A stretch of DNA of 64,000 nucleotides, taken from the human T2T-CHM13v2.0 reference genome, Homo sapiens. The position numbers were made by a program, and so were the translations under genes. This document shows positions 60,651 through 64,000 of the stretch, one piece after another; the stretch's first letter is position 1; each line of letters opens with the position of its first letter. Location: the NCBI RefSeq assembly GCF_009914755.1, contig NC_060927.1; one strand, 5' to 3'. The notes under the pieces are model-generated. The model did not search any database, was not told the DNA's origin, and was given only the letters and a program-made list of their open reading frames with translations.

Positions 60651-62457
60651 GTCTACACCTCTACACCTTGGCATTTTTTTCATTCTCACAAACTCACCTT
60701 CTTGCTCTCCCTTGCTACCGAAGTCTATACATATTAGAGGCAGCAGAGTCTAAGAGAGAATCTTAACTACCAACAGTAAGCACATTGGAGTGATATATTA
60801 AGTGCATTTTTAAATTTGAGAGATATATGAGGATAGTGTTGTCATAAAATTCAGATGTGTACTTCTCGTAGGAACACATTAGGAGCTTAGGTTTGAATAT
60901 TCCCACATTTTTTTGTCTGGAAAAAAAAAAAGAAAAATATGCAGTATATCCAAATTGTGGTTTAGATCAATTTGAAGAAAACGTACAAGCTGCAAATTAT
61001 ATGTAAGTGACCAAAGTCAGAGGCTGACAGGAAGCCAACACAAGAAGTTGAAATGATACTGTGGAGAAAATGGGAGTGCCAAGGGGGGCCTAATTAATGA
61101 AATATGTCAGAAATCGCTGAAAAATATTCACACCCCAAAAGAGTAGGAAGGCCCATTCTAAGAGGTAAGTGCTGTGAGCTCAGCTGAGATGATACAGTTT
61201 AAGAAGAACAAGTAGGCTTAGAAATTGCTCAGTGGACCCAGAGGAGTCCCAGAAAACATTACAAAAAAAAAAAAAAAGGTGATCAGATCTGGATCATTTA
61301 TTGATGGCAGCCTGTGAGAAAACTAGGAAAGAAAAGACCTGGAGGGATATGCTCTTCTAAACCAAGAGGTGCATTTGTGCCATTTATCAGAAGGAAATGG
61401 TCCACTGATATAGAAGAAGAACAGGGATCTCTTGAGCTGGAAGAAGGGAGGAATCAGTGTCTGAAAAACCATTCTAGTCTCTCTGTGCTTCTTTCCAGAA
61501 GCCATCTGTTAAGAGTTCAAGAAAGTCCAACTGATATATTTGTGAGAAAAAATAAATATGCATACAAAAATACTATAAGTAAACAAGATAAAAAAGAACA
61601 GTACAATTTTCCTATAGACTATGAAAGATTTTGTAGAAAACAACCCATGTGCTCTATCTGTGGATTAATCCATTGAACAATCTATCTTCTTTGCTCCAGG
61701 ACAAATACCATGAGAAGAAAAAGGGAACAGAAGACAGGAGAGGAATCTGGGAAATACAACAAACCTCCTCCCTTTCTCATCCTTCTGCTCCAAGCCATTG
61801 GAGACAAAGGTTTCTGTACTGGAGAAAGAAGGAAGGCTTTGAATCAAATGTAAGATTGAAAATTGCTAAAGTTTAAACAAAGTGTTGACTGAAATGAGAT
61901 TGTTTTAATAAAAGTGGAAAGGTGAAAGAAAAGATGACGTCACACAAAGATGTCCTCTAGGAAGCCTCTTGTTCCGCTGTTGATGGGGCTTTGACAGAGA
62001 ATAGTGGAAAGAAGGAATTGGCAAAAATTAAAATTTTAATCAAACCAGTCACATGATTTGATTTTCAGACCATGAACATAGGTATTAACATCCCCATTTT
62101 ACTGTTGAGAAGTCTTGAGCCCAGAAAAGTTAAGCTTGATCATATGTGAACTATGTAATATACAACTGAGAACTATGTAACATACAACTGAGATTCAAAC
62201 AATCCTATTTTACTGTCCCTGCACCATGAAACATACTTAAAATGGACATGACCCATTCATGCCCTTTATCTACTAACATGAAATTTTACCATACATATCT
62301 TCACATTTCAAACTCCTCTCCATAGTTCAATGTTAATTTTAAATATTACCTTTTTATCTGAAAACTACGTTTACCTAGTCAAAACTATATCCACAGAATT
62401 AATTTCTTCTTCTACAATAATCTCACAGAATTTTATTAAGACTTCTGTTGTAGCCTA

Positions 62458-62909
62458 TGTCAGGCCTCTGAGCCCAAGCCAAGCCATCGCATCCCCTGTG
62501 ACTTGCATGTATATGCCCAGATGGCCTGAAGTAACTGAAGAATCACAGAAGAAGTGAAAATGCCCTGCCCCACCTTAACTGATGACATTCCACCACAAAA
62601 GAAGTGAAAATGGCTGGTCCTTGCCTTAAGTGATGACATTACCTTGTGAAAGTCCTTTTCCTGGCTCATCCTGGCTCAAAAAGCTCCCCCACTGAGCACC
62701 TTGCGACCCCCACTCCTGCCTGCCAGAGAACAAACCCCCTTTGACTATAATTTTCCTTTACCTACCCAAATCTTATAAAATGGCCCCACCCCTATCTCCC
62801 TTCACTGACTCTCTTTTTAGACTCAGCCCGCCTGCACCCAGGTGATTAAAAGCTTTTATTGCTCACACAAAGCCTGTTTGGTGGTCTCTTCACAGGGACG
62901 TGAGTGAAA
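62458..62909 (+). mobile_element. LTR7 5' LTR of a HERV-H provirus, 452 bp
   Basis: tgtcaggcctctgagcccaagccaagccatcgcatcccc...gtgaaa; duplicated U3 repeat; TATAAAA 62774; ATTAAA 62845; followed by a PBS. Confidence 0.96.
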
Positions 62910-64000
62910 TTTGGTTCTGTGACTCAGATCGGGGAACCTCCCTTGGGAGATCAATCCCCTGTCCTCCTGCTCTTTGCTCCATGAGAAAGCTCCACCTACG
63001 ACCTCAGGTCCTCAGACCAACCAGCCCAAGAAACATCTCACCAATTTCAAATCCAGTAAGCGGCCTCTTTTTACTCTCTTCTCCAACCTCCCTCACTATC
63101 CCTCAACCTCTTTCTCCTTTCAGTCTTGGCACCACACTTCAATCTCTCCCTTCTTTTAATTTCAATTCCTTTCATTTTCTGATAGAGACAAAGGAGACAC
63201 ATTTTATCCGTGGACCCAAAACTCTGGCGCCTGTCACAGACTGGGAAGGCAGCCTTCCCTTGGTGTTTAATCATTGCAGGGACGCCTCTCTGATTATTTA
63301 GCCATGTTTCAGAGGTGTCAGACCACACAGGGATGCCTGCCTTGGTCCTTCACCCTTAGTGGCAAGTCCTGCTTTTCTGGGGGAGGGGCAAGTACCCCAA
63401 CCCCTTCTCGCCATGTCTCTACCCCTTCTCTGCCTTTCTGGGGGGCAAGAAACCCCCAACCCCTTCTCCTTCACCCTTAGCAGCAAGTCCTGCTTTTCTA
63501 GGGGAGGGGCAAGTACCCCAACCTCGTATCTCTGTGCCCCAATCCCTTATTTCTGCACCCCGACCTCTTATCTCTGTGCCCCAATCCCTTATTTCTGCAC
63601 CCCGACCTCTTATCTCTGTGCCCCAATCCCTTATTTCTGCACCCCGACCTCTTATCTCTGTGCCCCAATCACTTATTTCTGCACCCCGACCTCTTATCTC
63701 TGTGCCCCAATCCCTTATTTCTGCACCCCGACCTCTTATCTCTGTGCCCCAATCCCTTATTTCCACACCCCAACTTCTTATCTCTGTGCCCCAATCCCTT
63801 ATTTCCATGCTCCGACCTCTTATCTCTGCACCCCAACCCCTTATTTCCGCACCCCGACCCCTTTCCCGCTTTTCTGGAGGGTAAGAACCTCCGAACCCCT
63901 TCCCTCCGTGTCTCTACTCTCTCTTTTCTCTGGGCTTGCTTCTTTCACTATAGGCAACCTTCCACCCTCCATTCCTCCTCCTTCTCCCTTAGCCTGTGTC
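62910..64000 (+). mobile_element. HERV-H internal leader/pre-gag region (runs off the window)
   Basis: tRNA-His PBS-like tggttctgtgactcagat (62912-62929, 3 mismatches to TGGTGCCGTGACTCGGAT); major splice donor CCA|GTAAGC at 63056; C/T-rich HERV-H leader. Confidence 0.95.
63529..63862 (+). repeat. 42-bp tandem repeat, ~8 copies (two alternating 21-bp subunits)
   Basis: Unit tctctgtgccccaatcccttatttctgcaccccgacctctta; copies 1-5 nearly identical, copies 6-8 diverged. Confidence 0.95.

Noticed and set aside
57754-62909. LTR#1 and LTR#3 as the two ends of one element with captured cargo
   Set aside because: LTR#1 has its own TSD and no PBS, LTR#3 is followed by a PBS, and their structures differ.
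63529-63862. Regular repeat resembling a CRISPR array
   Set aside because: Head-to-tail tandem units without unique spacers, inside HERV-H in primate DNA; no cas genes.
63419-63884. Repetitive ORFs on both strands (129 aa and 116 aa) as real genes
   Set aside because: Explained by a stop-free 42-bp repeat; no independent evidence of coding.

Overview
AT-rich primate (human-like) genomic DNA; no CRISPR or prokaryotic features. Bases 1-37995 are the distal part of the last intron of NAALADL2 (+ strand). Its terminal coding exon is at 37996-38194 (..RNILYHLDEK...VLDGKN*, recognised from memory of the human protein), followed by a long repeat-poor 3' UTR with candidate poly(A) signals at ~40.6 kb and ~45.5 kb. 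The rest is mostly transposon-derived. There is a full-length but inactivated antisense L1PA2/L1PA3-type element (16691-22720, 15-bp TSD) nested in a Tigger3, a U6 retropseudogene, nine Alus and several MaLR/ERVL/ERV1 LTRs. Further on are a near-complete Tigger1 interrupted by an Alu and an LTR10, and a tight cluster of three independently inserted LTR7 elements, the last being the 5' end of a HERV-H provirus with an expanded 42-bp tandem repeat. I found no convincing novel protein-coding system. The most interesting arrangements are the 'gene-breaking' geometry of the antisense L1 upstream of the terminal exon and the LTR7/HERV-H cluster. Repeat subfamily names come from recalled consensus sequences and need RepeatMasker/Dfam confirmation.
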